Shown here piece by piece: positions 51,701 through 62,276 of a stretch of 64,000 bases of DNA. Within the stretch, counting starts at the first letter, position 1; each line of letters opens with the position of its first letter. The notes under the pieces were generated by a model. That model worked only from the letters and a program-made list of their open reading frames with translations. It was not told the origin of the DNA and did no database searches. The position numbers and the translations under genes are program-made. The stretch spans positions 248,001-312,000 of the forward strand of contig NIVC01000652.1 in the NCBI GenBank assembly GCA_002269645.1. The letters are read 5' to 3'. Source of the stretch: Macrostomum lignano (Eukaryota).

Positions 51701-53180
51701 GATGGAGTGATAGATAGGGTGATGGATGGAGTGATGCATGGAGTGATGGATGGAGTGATGGATAGAGTGATGGATAGAGTGATGAATGGAGTGATGGATG
51801 GAGTGATGGATGGAGTGATGGATGGAGTGATGGATGGAGTGATGGATAGTAATGGAAAGAGTGATGGATGGAGTGATGGATGGAGTGATGGATAGAGTGA
51901 TGGATAGAGTGATGGATGGAGTGATGGATGGAGTGATGGATGGAGTGATGGATGGAGTGATGGATAGAGTGATGGATGGAGTGATGGATGGAGTGATGGA
52001 TGGAGTGATGGATGGAGTGATGGATGGAGTGATGGATAGAGTGATGGATAGAGTGATGGATGGAGTGATGGATGGAGTGATGGATGGAGTGATGGATGGA
52101 GTGATGGATAGAGTGATGGATGAAGTGATGGATGGAGTGATGGATGGAGTGATGGATAGTAATGGAAAGAGTGATGGATAGAGTGATGGATGGAGTGATG
52201 GATGGAGTGATGGATGGAGTGATGGATGGAGTGATGGATGGAGTGATGGATGGAGTGATGGATGGAGTGATGGATAGAGTGATGGATAGAGTGATGGATG
52301 GAGTGATGGATGGAGTGATGGATGGAGTGATGGATAGTAATGGAAAGAGTGATGGATGGAGTGATGGATGGAGTGATGGATGGAGTGATGGATGGAGTGA
52401 TGGATGGAGTGATGGATAGAGTGATGGATAGAGTGATGGATGGAGTGATGGATGGAGTGATGGATGGAGTGATGGATGGATTGATGGATAGAGTGATGGA
52501 TAGAGTGATGGATGGAGTGATGGATGGAGTGATGGATAGAGTGATGGATGGAGTGATGGATGGAGTGATGGATGGAGTGATGGATGGAGTGATGGATAGA
52601 GTGATGGATGGAGTGATGGATGGAGTGATGGATGGAGTGATGGATGGAGTGATGGATGGAGTGATGGATAGAGTGATGGATAGAGTGATGGATGGAGTGA
52701 TGGATGGAGTGATGGATGGAGTGATGGATGGAGTGATGGATAGAGTGATGGATGAAGTGATGGATGGAGTGATGGATGGAGTGATGGATAGTAATGGAAA
52801 GAGTGATGGATAGAGTGATGGATGGAGTGATGGATGGAGTGATGGATGGAGTGATGGATGGAGTGATGGATGGAGTGATGGATGGAGTGATGGATGGAGT
52901 GATGGATAGAGTGATGGATAGAGTGATGGATGGAGTGATGGATGGAGTGATGGATGGAGTGATGGATAGTAATGGAAAGAGTGATGGATGGAGTGATGGA
53001 TGGAGTGATGGATGGAGTGATGGATGGAGTGATGGATGGAGTGATGGATAGAGTGATGGATAGAGTGATGGATGGAGTGATGGATGGAGTGATGGATAGA
53101 GTGATGAATGGAGTGATGAATGGAGTGCTAGACGGAGTGATAAATAGAGTGCTACAAGTATACGGAGTGATGGATGGAGT
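48748..53180. repeat. 12-bp satellite (GATGGATGGAGT)n, 4.4 kb, with 1970-bp higher-order duplication
   Basis: Identical ORF translations recur offset by 1970 bp (49279/51249, 49677/51647, 49882/51852, 50192/52162, 50370/52340). Confidence 0.95.
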
Positions 53181-53267
53181 GACGTCTGGAAGCTAGCCAG
53201 GATTTTGCGCGCAGCTGCAGCTCACGGTTTTGAGGCATAGCGGCCTGGGCTGGCCTTCATAGTCCTG

Positions 53268-54715
53268 TATGCATCACAGGATGCAATCACACAGACGCAG
53301 ATGCAATCACACAGCCGCAGATGCAATCACACAGCCGCAGATGCAATCACAGCCGCAGATGCAATCACACAGCCGCAGATGCAATCACAGCCGCAGATGC
53401 AATCACACAGCCGTAGATGCAATCACAGCCGCAGATGCAATCACACAGCCGCAGATGCAATCACAACCGCAGATGCAATCACAGCCGCAGATGCAATCAC
53501 AACCGCAGATGCAATCACACAGCCGCAGATGCAATCACAACCGCAGATGCAATCACACAGCTGCAGATGCAATCACACAGCCGCAGATGCAATCACACAG
53601 CCGCAGATGCAATCACAGCCGCAGATGCAATCACACAGCCGCAGATGCAACCACAGGATGCAATCACACAGCCGCAGATGCAATCACGCAGGCGCAGATG
53701 CAATCACAGGATGCAATCACACAGGCGCAGATGCAATCACACGCCGCAGATGCAATCACACAGTCGCAGATGCAATCACACAGGCGCAGATGCAATCACA
53801 GCCGCAGATGCAATCACACAGCCGCAGATGCAATCACACAGCCGCAGATGCAATCACACAGCTGCAGATGCAATCACAGGATGCAATCACACAGCCGCAG
53901 ATGCAACCACACAGCCGCAGATGCAATCACAGGATGCAATCACACAGCCGCAGATGCAACCACACAGCCGCAGATGCAACCACACAGCCGCAGATGCAAT
54001 CACAGGATGCAATCACACAGGCGCAGATGCAATCACACGCCGCAGATGCAATCACACAGCCGCAGATGCAATCACACAGCCGCAGATGCAATCACAGGAT
54101 GCAATCACACAGCCGCAGATGCAATCACAGGATGCAATCACACAGCCGCAGATGCAATCACAGGATGCAATCACACAGCCGCAGATGCAATCACAGGATG
54201 CAATCACACAGCCGCAGATGCAATCACACAGATGTGAGCCATTGATTTGCTATAGAGCGCCCACCCCATTTTTCCGGCTCCGTACGTCAGCCGGCTTTCT
54301 CTCTCTAACCCTCGCCCCCTTATCTGTACTCGTAGTAGGCAAAGTGTACATTTACGACCACCACCCCACGCAATGCAGTAGTCGACTAAATATTAAATAA
54401 ATAGCACCGTCTCACCCACTGTGGCTTTCGTACTTCTTCGTGCAACTGCCAAATCATGCATTGAACTCTTACAACAGGCGCAGATGCAATCACAGGATGC
54501 AATCACACAGCCGCAGATGCAATCACACAGGCGCAGATGCAATCACACAGCCGCAGGTGCAATCACACAGCCGCAGGTGCAATCACACAGCCGCAGTTGC
54601 AAGCACACAGCCGGAGGTGCAATCACACAGCAATCACACGCTTGCCGCAGGTGCAAGCGCACAGCCGGAGGTGCAAACACAGCCGGAGGTGCAAGCACAG
54701 CCGGAGGTGCAATTG
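53268..54715. repeat. GCAGATGCAATCACA(CA)GCC minisatellite, interrupted by unique sequence at about 54240-54475
   Basis: Direct reading. Confidence 0.9.
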
Positions 54716-54744
54716 CCCGACAGACAACTTCAAACGAAGCTCAC

Positions 54745-57700
54745 CGTTGAAGTGCGCCGGTGGCGCGGTGAAGTCGTCCATCTCGGAGTCGGACAGGTCT
54801 CTGGGCTGCTGCCTCTGGGCTGCCCGGCGCTGCCCGGCTGCTTCGTCCTGCTCTGTCCGGGACGTGGCCGAAGTCTGCGCCACGAAGACGTAGCGGCGGT
54901 CAGCGGCGGCCGCGTCGGCGGCTCTCTCAGCTGCGCGCATCGCCGCGGCTTCGAAGTCCGCGACTGAGTGAGCGACTGCGGTCGCGGCCGGCTGGCGAGT
55001 GAGCGAGTGAGTGAGTGAGTGAGTGAGTGAGTGAGGGAGTGAGCGAGTGAGTAAGTGAGTGAGTGAGTGAGTGAGTGAGCGAGTGAGTGAGTGAGTGAGT
55101 GAGTGAGTGAGTGAGTGAGTGAGTGAGTGAGTGAGTGAGTGAGGGAGTGAGCGAGTGAGTGAGTGAGTGAGTGAGTGAGCGAGTGAGTGAGTGAGTGAGT
55201 GAGTGAGGGAGTGAGTGAGTGAGTGAGTGAGTGAGTGAGTGAGTGAGTGAGTGAGTGAGTGAGTGAGTGAGTGAGTGAGTGAGGGAGTGAGTGAGTGAGT
55301 GAGTGAGTGAGTGAGTGAGTGAGTGAGTGAGTGAGTGAGTGAGTGAGCGAGTGAGTGAGTGAGTGAGTGAGCGAGTGAGTGAGTGAGTGAGTGAGTGAGT
55401 GAGTGAGTGAGTGAGTGAGTGAGTGAGTGAGTGAGTGAGTGAGTGAGTGAGCGAGTGAGTGAGTGAGTGAGTGAGTGAGGGAGTGAGTGAGTGAGTGAGT
55501 GAGTGAGTGAGTGAGTGAGTGAGTGAGTGAGGAGTGAGTGAGTGAGTGAGTGAGTGAGTGAGTGAGTGAGTGAGTGAGTGAGTGAGTGAGTGAGTGAGTG
55601 AGTGAGTGAGTGAGTGAGTAAGTGAGTGAGTGAGTGAGTGAGTGAGTGAGTGAGTGAGTGAGTGAGTGAGTGAGTGAGTGAGTGAGTGAGTGAGTGAGTG
55701 AGTGAGTGAGTGAGTGAGTGAGTGAGTGAGTGAGTGAGTGAGTGAGTGAGTGAGTGAGTGAGTGAGTGAGTGAGTGAGTGAGTGAGTGAGTGAGTGAGTG
55801 AGTGAGAGTGAGTGAGTGAGTGAGTGAGTGAGTGAGTGAGTGAGTGAGTGAGTGAGTGAGTGAGTGAGTGAGTGAGTGAGTGAGTGAGTGAGTGAGTGAG
55901 TGAGTGAGTGAGTGAGTGAGTAAGTAATAAAATTATTCCAAGAAATGAGCTCATCGCAATCACCGCAGTTAGCCTCATAAATAAATGACAATGGCATTGA
56001 ATTCAGATTGGTGCCAGATATTCTCACGTGCAAGTCCAACCCTCAGCAGTGGCCAGCGAATTCGGGATGCAGAGTTCCTTTTACTCCCAGCTCTCACCTC
56101 CTTGTGGCTCTGAGCAGCAGCAGCAGGTGTTGGAGTCAGTCGCAGCCGCAGGGCGGAATACATGCAATGCGCTCAGGCCTAAAATTGCCGCGCTTGCTCA
56201 GCTGCTCGAGTGGCTTTTATCGCCGTGTCGAATTGGAGCGCTGCTCCAGCCAGCTCTGCCTTGTTGCTCTCTCCTTCTGGGCGGTTCTGTCGCCCATCAG
56301 TTTCCTTCCCGTTCAGATTCTGGGATTATTTTCCCCCCTCCGGCCTGCATCTTAAATATCCCCTCTGTCCCCAGCTCTCCATTCCTGTCCTGCTCTGCTG
56401 CACTGCTGGGTAGAGCAGGCCTGAGCCGCCTGCAGCCGCTGTACTCAAGTCTGCTAGAGCAACAACTCCTTGCTTCACAAGCAATAGCATTGTTCTCCCA
56501 GCCTCCCACCCAGCCAGGCTCCTCACCTGCCCCCCTGCCCACCACGTTTCTGCCTCAGCCTCTGCTTCCCCTGCTCACCGCTAGCCGCCAGGTTGGATTG
56601 CGCGCATTGTGCGCTGCAGTCGGCACAGCGGTCTGGTAACTAAGCGATGGCGATAAAAGCTGAATAATTGATTCGCCCCAAGGCCAAGTGAAGAAGTGGT
56701 TTGATGCATATTGCGAAGTATAATGTTCTTCGAGACATTCCCTTTCAAGCCTTTGCCGGCAATTAGGCAAACTTTTTTAATTGTCGTTGAAATATCCAAA
56801 TTTGTTATAAATGAGAAAAGTGTGAAATCTCTATATAACCAAACCTGAAAAGTTTATATGTATGTATGCATGTACAAGCCTAATCGGATTTTAGAGGCGC
56901 CTAATTGATTCTTACAGCCGTCTAATCGGATTTTAGAGGCGTCTAATTGATTCTTACAGCCGTCTAACCGGATCTTACAGCCGTCTAACCAGATCTTATA
57001 GCTGTCTAATTTGATCTTACAGCCATCTAATCGAATCTTACAGGCGTCTAGTTGATTCTTAATCGGTGTCATTTTTAGGTAACTTTTTAAATTTCTGTTG
57101 TTTACCTTTTACTAAAAACAATTAGATGAAGTGTACGATGGCCATGGACAAAAATATCTAAATCTGTGTCATCTACTGAAAGTAGCGAAAAGCGCAAATT
57201 TGCCGCTATTTGCGAGCTCGTCCGAAACTTCAGCACACAAAAAACAGTTTCAATGCGCACCTGATCGCTTGGTTCGATGGACGCCCCCTCCTCGTCCAGG
57301 TATTCGGACGAGAAGTCGTTCTCGTCATCGGAGGCGGCCAGGTGGCTCCGCCGGTATCCGCCGCCGCGATCGCGGCCGCCTGGAAGCAGCACCACGGGGG
57401 GCCGAAGCTCCCAGTCCTCATCGTGGATGTCACCAGGATCAATGTCCCGCGCTCCCAGCGGAGGTGGCGGAGGAGCCGGGGGCGGAGACGGTGATGGAGG
57501 ATCCTGATTTGATGAGAAAAATATTGGTGCTGATTACGAGTGATCATGAGCTCTGGTTGTGCAAGTGCGTGAACTCCGGTTGTGCAAGTGCGTGAACTCC
57601 GGTTGCGCAAGTGCGTGAACTCCGGTTGTGCAAGTGCGTGAACTCCGGTTGTGCAAGTACGTGAACTCCGGTTGTGCAAGTACGTGAACTCCGGTTGTGC

Positions 57701-57975
57701 AAGTGCGTGAACTCCGGTTGTGCAAGTGCGTGAACTCCGGTTGTGCAAGTACGTGAACTCCGAATAGCTCATACTGCAGCCAACCATCCACAAAAATCTG
57801 CCATTTAAGCACATGTCCGCCATGACTGCAGCTAAAAACTCACCCCAGATTCGGGCGCCTGTGCTTCATCGGTCGAGGCAATCTCGGACACTTCAGCTTC
57901 ATCCTCAGCGTCAGCTGGCGGGCTGCTTGAAGGTCCCTCGCCGCAGCTTCTGGGGGTCGAAACTGCCGAGTTCTG
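54745..57975 (-). CDS. Five phase-compatible acidic/Pro-rich exons, possibly an N-terminal extension of the DCX-EMAP gene
   Basis: Exons 57975-57844 (QNSAV..APESG), 57503-57261 (DPPSPSPPP..DDENDFSSEYLDEEG..SDQ), 56639-56579, 56178-56098, 54963-54745. All are GT-AG and chain in frame. The last ends in phase 1, matching the phase-1 acceptor at 45698. The start codon was not located, and the two small middle exons are less certain. Confidence 0.5.
54997..55922. repeat. (GAGT)n microsatellite, about 920 bp
   Basis: Direct reading. Confidence 0.97.
56880..57065. repeat. About 21-bp degenerate minisatellite
   Basis: CTAATCGGATTTTAGAGGCG / CTAATTGATTCTTACAGCCG units. Confidence 0.8.
57556..57760. 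repeat. 23-bp minisatellite
   Basis: GTGAACTCCGGTTGTGCAAGTGC units. Confidence 0.95.
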
Positions 57976-59372
57976 CTGCAGGAATTCCTGGTACATGCTG
58001 CCTCACGGGGCTCTGGGATGTTAGGAAAATTGAAGGGGAAATGTTTGAGCAGAGTTTAGTAAGCCAGTTTTGTTGGGGATGGCGAAGAGAGTCAACAGGC
58101 GGAGGCTGGAATCGCTGAGAATGGGTGGCAGATGAGGCGGAGAGGCTGAGAAGACGCACAGGGGAGGCTGGCAGGCGAATGGCTTCGGTGGTCCAGCAGT
58201 TTGCAGTTCCTGCCCGTGTGCAAACAGCCGCCTGGTGGCAAAGCTGCTGAGGTGGCCCCGCACTGCTGCACCTCTGCGGATGCAGCAAGTTCAGCCTGAG
58301 AGAACTTCTTGCTCTTCTTGCTCTAAAGCCGCTGCTTTGCAGCAAAGCTAGCAGCGAGATAAGATTAAGAAATCTGTGGCTGAATCAGAAGGAGGCGAAG
58401 TCAGTGGCTGAATCGCTGCTCATGCTTTGTGGGGCAAAGCCGGGAAATTTCAGCCAACGTGTGCGGCTGGCTCGGTTTTGCTCTAATCTGGTTGCCCCGG
58501 ACAACAACTGCAGCCAACCCTGAGAGAGCAAATGAGCAAACAGAGCTGATGCGGCTGCAGGTGCCAGTCTGTGTTTAGCTGATGAGCCCGGAAATCCAGA
58601 AAGGTGCTGCGCTGAGCCTTTAGGTGTTCACCTCTGTCGAGTGCTTCGATCAAGAAGCCAATGGCATTTGGTCCACAATTTTGGGTCTGATCTTGCTTCT
58701 CTGCAGCAGTTGCTAATGAAGCATTGCTATGCACTTTTGGTGACAATAACACGCGCGTGGGATGCGTGTTAATGTCCAAAATGACCGCATAAACAACCGC
58801 AATCTAAACAATAACAGAGGGTAAACTTTATTTTTTTATGTTAGAAAAACATCAAAAACTGTTTCCAGTCTGGTGGCGACAAGAGCACTGGCTCGGAACA
58901 ACTGGTTGCTGACGGTGCTAGTGAGGTGAATCAACTTCCAGATACGTTCCCTGGAGAACCAGAGCCGGTGCAGGAGCGGAGCAGCAGCAACCGCAACCTC
59001 GGAGAAGTGAAAGACTGTTGACTAAGCCAAGAGTACATTTCAAAGAATGAACTGTAAACTTTTGAAGTGGGGAGGTGTTGCGGGCTGGCTTTTGCCCGAG
59101 CAGATTTAAGTTTATTTTTAACTGAAGCATGATCATAGACTATTTTATTTGCCTGTATTGAGCACAAGAGCCTAACTAAAGGCAAACCGCTTCGAAATAA
59201 GTAAAATAAATATAAAGTTAAACGTGGCCAAGCAGACATCGGCAAAAGAAAGGCCGAATGTACTACGGCGCATATTCAGGGCATTGAGCCCAGTGTTTCA
59301 GTACAATCCTGTAACATCAACAAAGAAATCGTATGTTAATCAGTTAATACCAGGCCTACACAGAAACGTCAC

Positions 59373-59978
59373 TCAAAAAGGATTTTGGACGATCTTATTA
59401 TTGACATTAGTTTCGGAAACTGCATGATTCAGCGCCTTATCGACAGCCAGAGATGCCCGATACAAACTGCGATCACGTCGCCTCGATAAGTAGCGCTTAA
59501 CAGTCCGCTCACACTTTCGCCTAGTGATGAGCAAGATCTCCTGGATAGTCTGGCCACAGGCCTCCAGGTGGCAAGCTCTAGTTACTCTGCAGTTTAAGAA
59601 AAGTTGGCAACTGATTAATCTACGCTCGTAGATGCAAAGGTGTTTACAGAAAAACATTATGAATATGATGGGAAAAAGCACAGGTCAAACTACCTACCAT
59701 ATGCAGCGGTCGGTGTACACCTTGGTAAGGCCTGCTTTCTCACTGACGTTCTTCATAAACTCATGAAGATAGCGAAAGCCTCTAGCAGCTTTTCTCGGAG
59801 AATCTATAGCGGTTCGCTGCATCTCGACTGTCTAATGACCTTGGGCATGATCGAATGACGTGCAAATCAAGTCGAACTCACCGGATGTTACTCCTGAAAT
59901 CTCACCATTCGGCATAGCTCCGTGGTTAAATAGAGGAGGCAGAACTTCTGCCACTGTAGTTGGCTCAGCGTCAGCCAT
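59373..59978 (-). mobile_element. Degenerate Crypton-like tyrosine recombinase C-terminal fragment with spliceosomal intron(s)
   Basis: 59831-59698 reads ..GFRYLHEFMKNVSEKAGLTKVYTDRCI. After a 111-nt GT-AG intron, 59586-59373 reads VTRACHLEACGQTIQEILLITRRKCERTVKRYL. This aligns by eye with the recalled Crypton/DUF3504-type box II (FMKxxSxKAGLxxxYTNHSxRAT..L..xG...I...TGHRSxxxVxxY). The HxxR Arg has become TGA across the junction. A possible first exon lies at 59978-59882. Confidence 0.6.
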
Positions 59979-60985
59979 GGCGATTTCGTTTGCGAAAATG
60001 AAAGATGCAAGCAATCAAATCTGCTGTCTTTCTACTCAGTTTTCTTAAACCTTCTGTCTCCCTCTTTATGGGGTCAAAAAACTACAGTGCATATTAATGT
60101 CAATGTGGCCATAGACTAAAATTTATCTACTTTTCATTGTAAAAGTGGGGGCTTTGCCCCACACCCCCATTCTCACTCTCCCCCCTCCTCGACTCCTTCC
60201 GGCGTCAACTAATGCCATAGACGAAAGCGCATAGCAATGTTTCTACTGCACTATTTTTGAGTATTAATGGATAAATTGTATATATTCTTCGTTATTCCCC
60301 CTAGACACTTGGTATTAATGGGGAATATGTGATGCATCCTGCACCACTTAAAAGTAGAAGCAGCGTAACAGGGAAAGCGGGGTCAAGGGGGCGCCCAGCC
60401 CCCTTGCGGGGGTGTGGGGGCAGAACCCCCATATTTAAGAACGTTAAGACAATTTTAAAAAATGATTTGATGTCTGTGGTCTGTATACCTCTCTATTTCT
60501 ATACAACTCTCTCTATGTAGCCAATTGAGCAGTTAGAAGCAGCGTTTTAATATTGTCTTTGGGCGAGTGAAATAAACCGTTTATCTGCACCGATGCAAAT
60601 AAATGAAATTTACACTGAAACCATAGACGTTCGCCCGGGGCAAGTGGGGGGATACATAATCAGCGGTCCCGGTGCATGACAACGATTGTCTGGCGAGCGC
60701 CGGTAGGCAGTTCTGCATAAAAAATGCGAATAATGATCGTCAAATTGCTAAACAATGTCATTACGCTAATAACATTAACACTCAAAAATAGTGCAGAAGA
60801 ATATATCATTGTGGACCAAATTGATGCTTGTCGGACCAAATTAAAAGCCGCTGTGCCAGCCTTGCTACCATAGACAAAAGCTTCGTTACATTAGCAAACC
60901 TATCTTGGATTCAATTCTATGCGCGAAGGCCCAAATGGGCTGCAGAAAGCTATAATATATTATACATTTATATCATATCAAAACA

Positions 60986-62154
60986 TATCGAAGACCAACC
61001 AGCTGATGGTCGCAAGTGACATCTCGGCTTCAAGTTTCTCGTTTCAGATAAAAAGTTTGGATTAAAAAACGTTATTAGAAAAGGTCAGAGTTATAGCAAG
61101 GTGGGATTCGACAGGTGAAATGGGGAGGATCTGGGATTAGACAGGCCCAGACAGGAAAATGGATTAGAGAGGGGAGTTTAGGAGAAGTGAGATTAGAGAG
61201 GCTCAGATTATAGAAAGGAGTAAAGTGGGGGAGATCAGACAAGTGAGATTAGAGGGGTCAGGATGGGAGGCGGTGGGATTAGAGAGCTAAATAAGCGTTA
61301 TCAAAGCAAAAAAACAGAAGCAGCTGGGAGAAAAGCTCTGAAGCGGGCTTCCGGTCTCAGATAAAATAATTTAAGGAATTCTAAAAGCTACAATTCGAAT
61401 GCCGAAAATGCAAAAAACTTTTTCTAAAAAGTTAAAACTTTTAATTCTGAATTTTTAAAGCGTTTTTGGTAAAACTTTAAAGATTAATTTCGTATGCACC
61501 AATGGTTAATGGAATGCGGATAATTCATGCAATGCAGAAGCAAAGCTATTTCAATTCTTGTAATCATTTTTCAACAAATATCGAAGACCAACCAGCTGAT
61601 GGTCGCAAGTGACATCTCGGCTTCAAGTTTCTCGTTTCAGATAAAAAGTTTGGATTAAAAAAACGTTATTAGAAAAGGTCAGAGTTATAGCAAGGTGGGA
61701 TTCGACAGGTGAAATGGGGAGGATCTGGATTAGACAGGCCCAGACAGGAAAATGGATTAGAGAGGGGAGTTTAGGAGAAGTGATTCAGAATAGAAAGGAG
61801 TAAAGAATCAGACAAGGAGAAGAGGGGTCAGGATGGGAGGCGGTGGGATTAGAGAGCTAAATAAGCGTTATCAAAGCAAAAAAACAGAAGCAGCTGGGAG
61901 AAAAGCTCTGAAGCGGGCTTCCGGTCTCAGATAAAATAATTTAAGGAATTCTAAAAGCTACAATTCGAATGCCGAAAATGCAAAAAACTTTTTCTAAAAA
62001 GTTAAAACTTTTAATTCTGAATTTTTAAAGCGTTTTTGGTAAAACTTTAAAGATTAATTTCGTAAAATGCACCAATGGTTAATGGAATGCGGATAATTCA
62101 TGCAATGCAGATCAGCAAAGCTCTTTCAATTCTTGTAATTCATTTTTCAACAAA
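60986..62154. repeat. Tandem duplication of an about 590-bp block (two copies)
   Basis: ATATCGAAGACCAACCAGCTGATGG starts near 60986 and again near 61579. The copies differ mainly by small indels. Confidence 0.9.
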
Positions 62155-62276
62155 AGCTACTCACTATTTAAGCAACGAGTTGAGGTATTTTGAAAAGCTA
62201 AATTAGAGTTAAGATATTTTTTCAAAAATAGAAAAGCAATTTAGAGCGTCTTTGAATTCAAACAAAGTCAGTCAAA

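Noticed and set aside
48699-51739. Very long ORFs (935, 832, 744 aa) and many others over satellites (e.g. 34671-35591, 37621-38896, 24565-25455, 46690-47727, 53269-54400)
   Set aside because: They are translations of stop-free tandem repeats, often open in several frames or on both strands, without splice context or domain signal. Most lie within introns of genes reconstructed here.
53212-53265. Small candidate exon (DYEGQPRPLCLKT, phase 0 to 0)
   Set aside because: Its phase is incompatible with the phase-1 chain on either side, and there is no other support.
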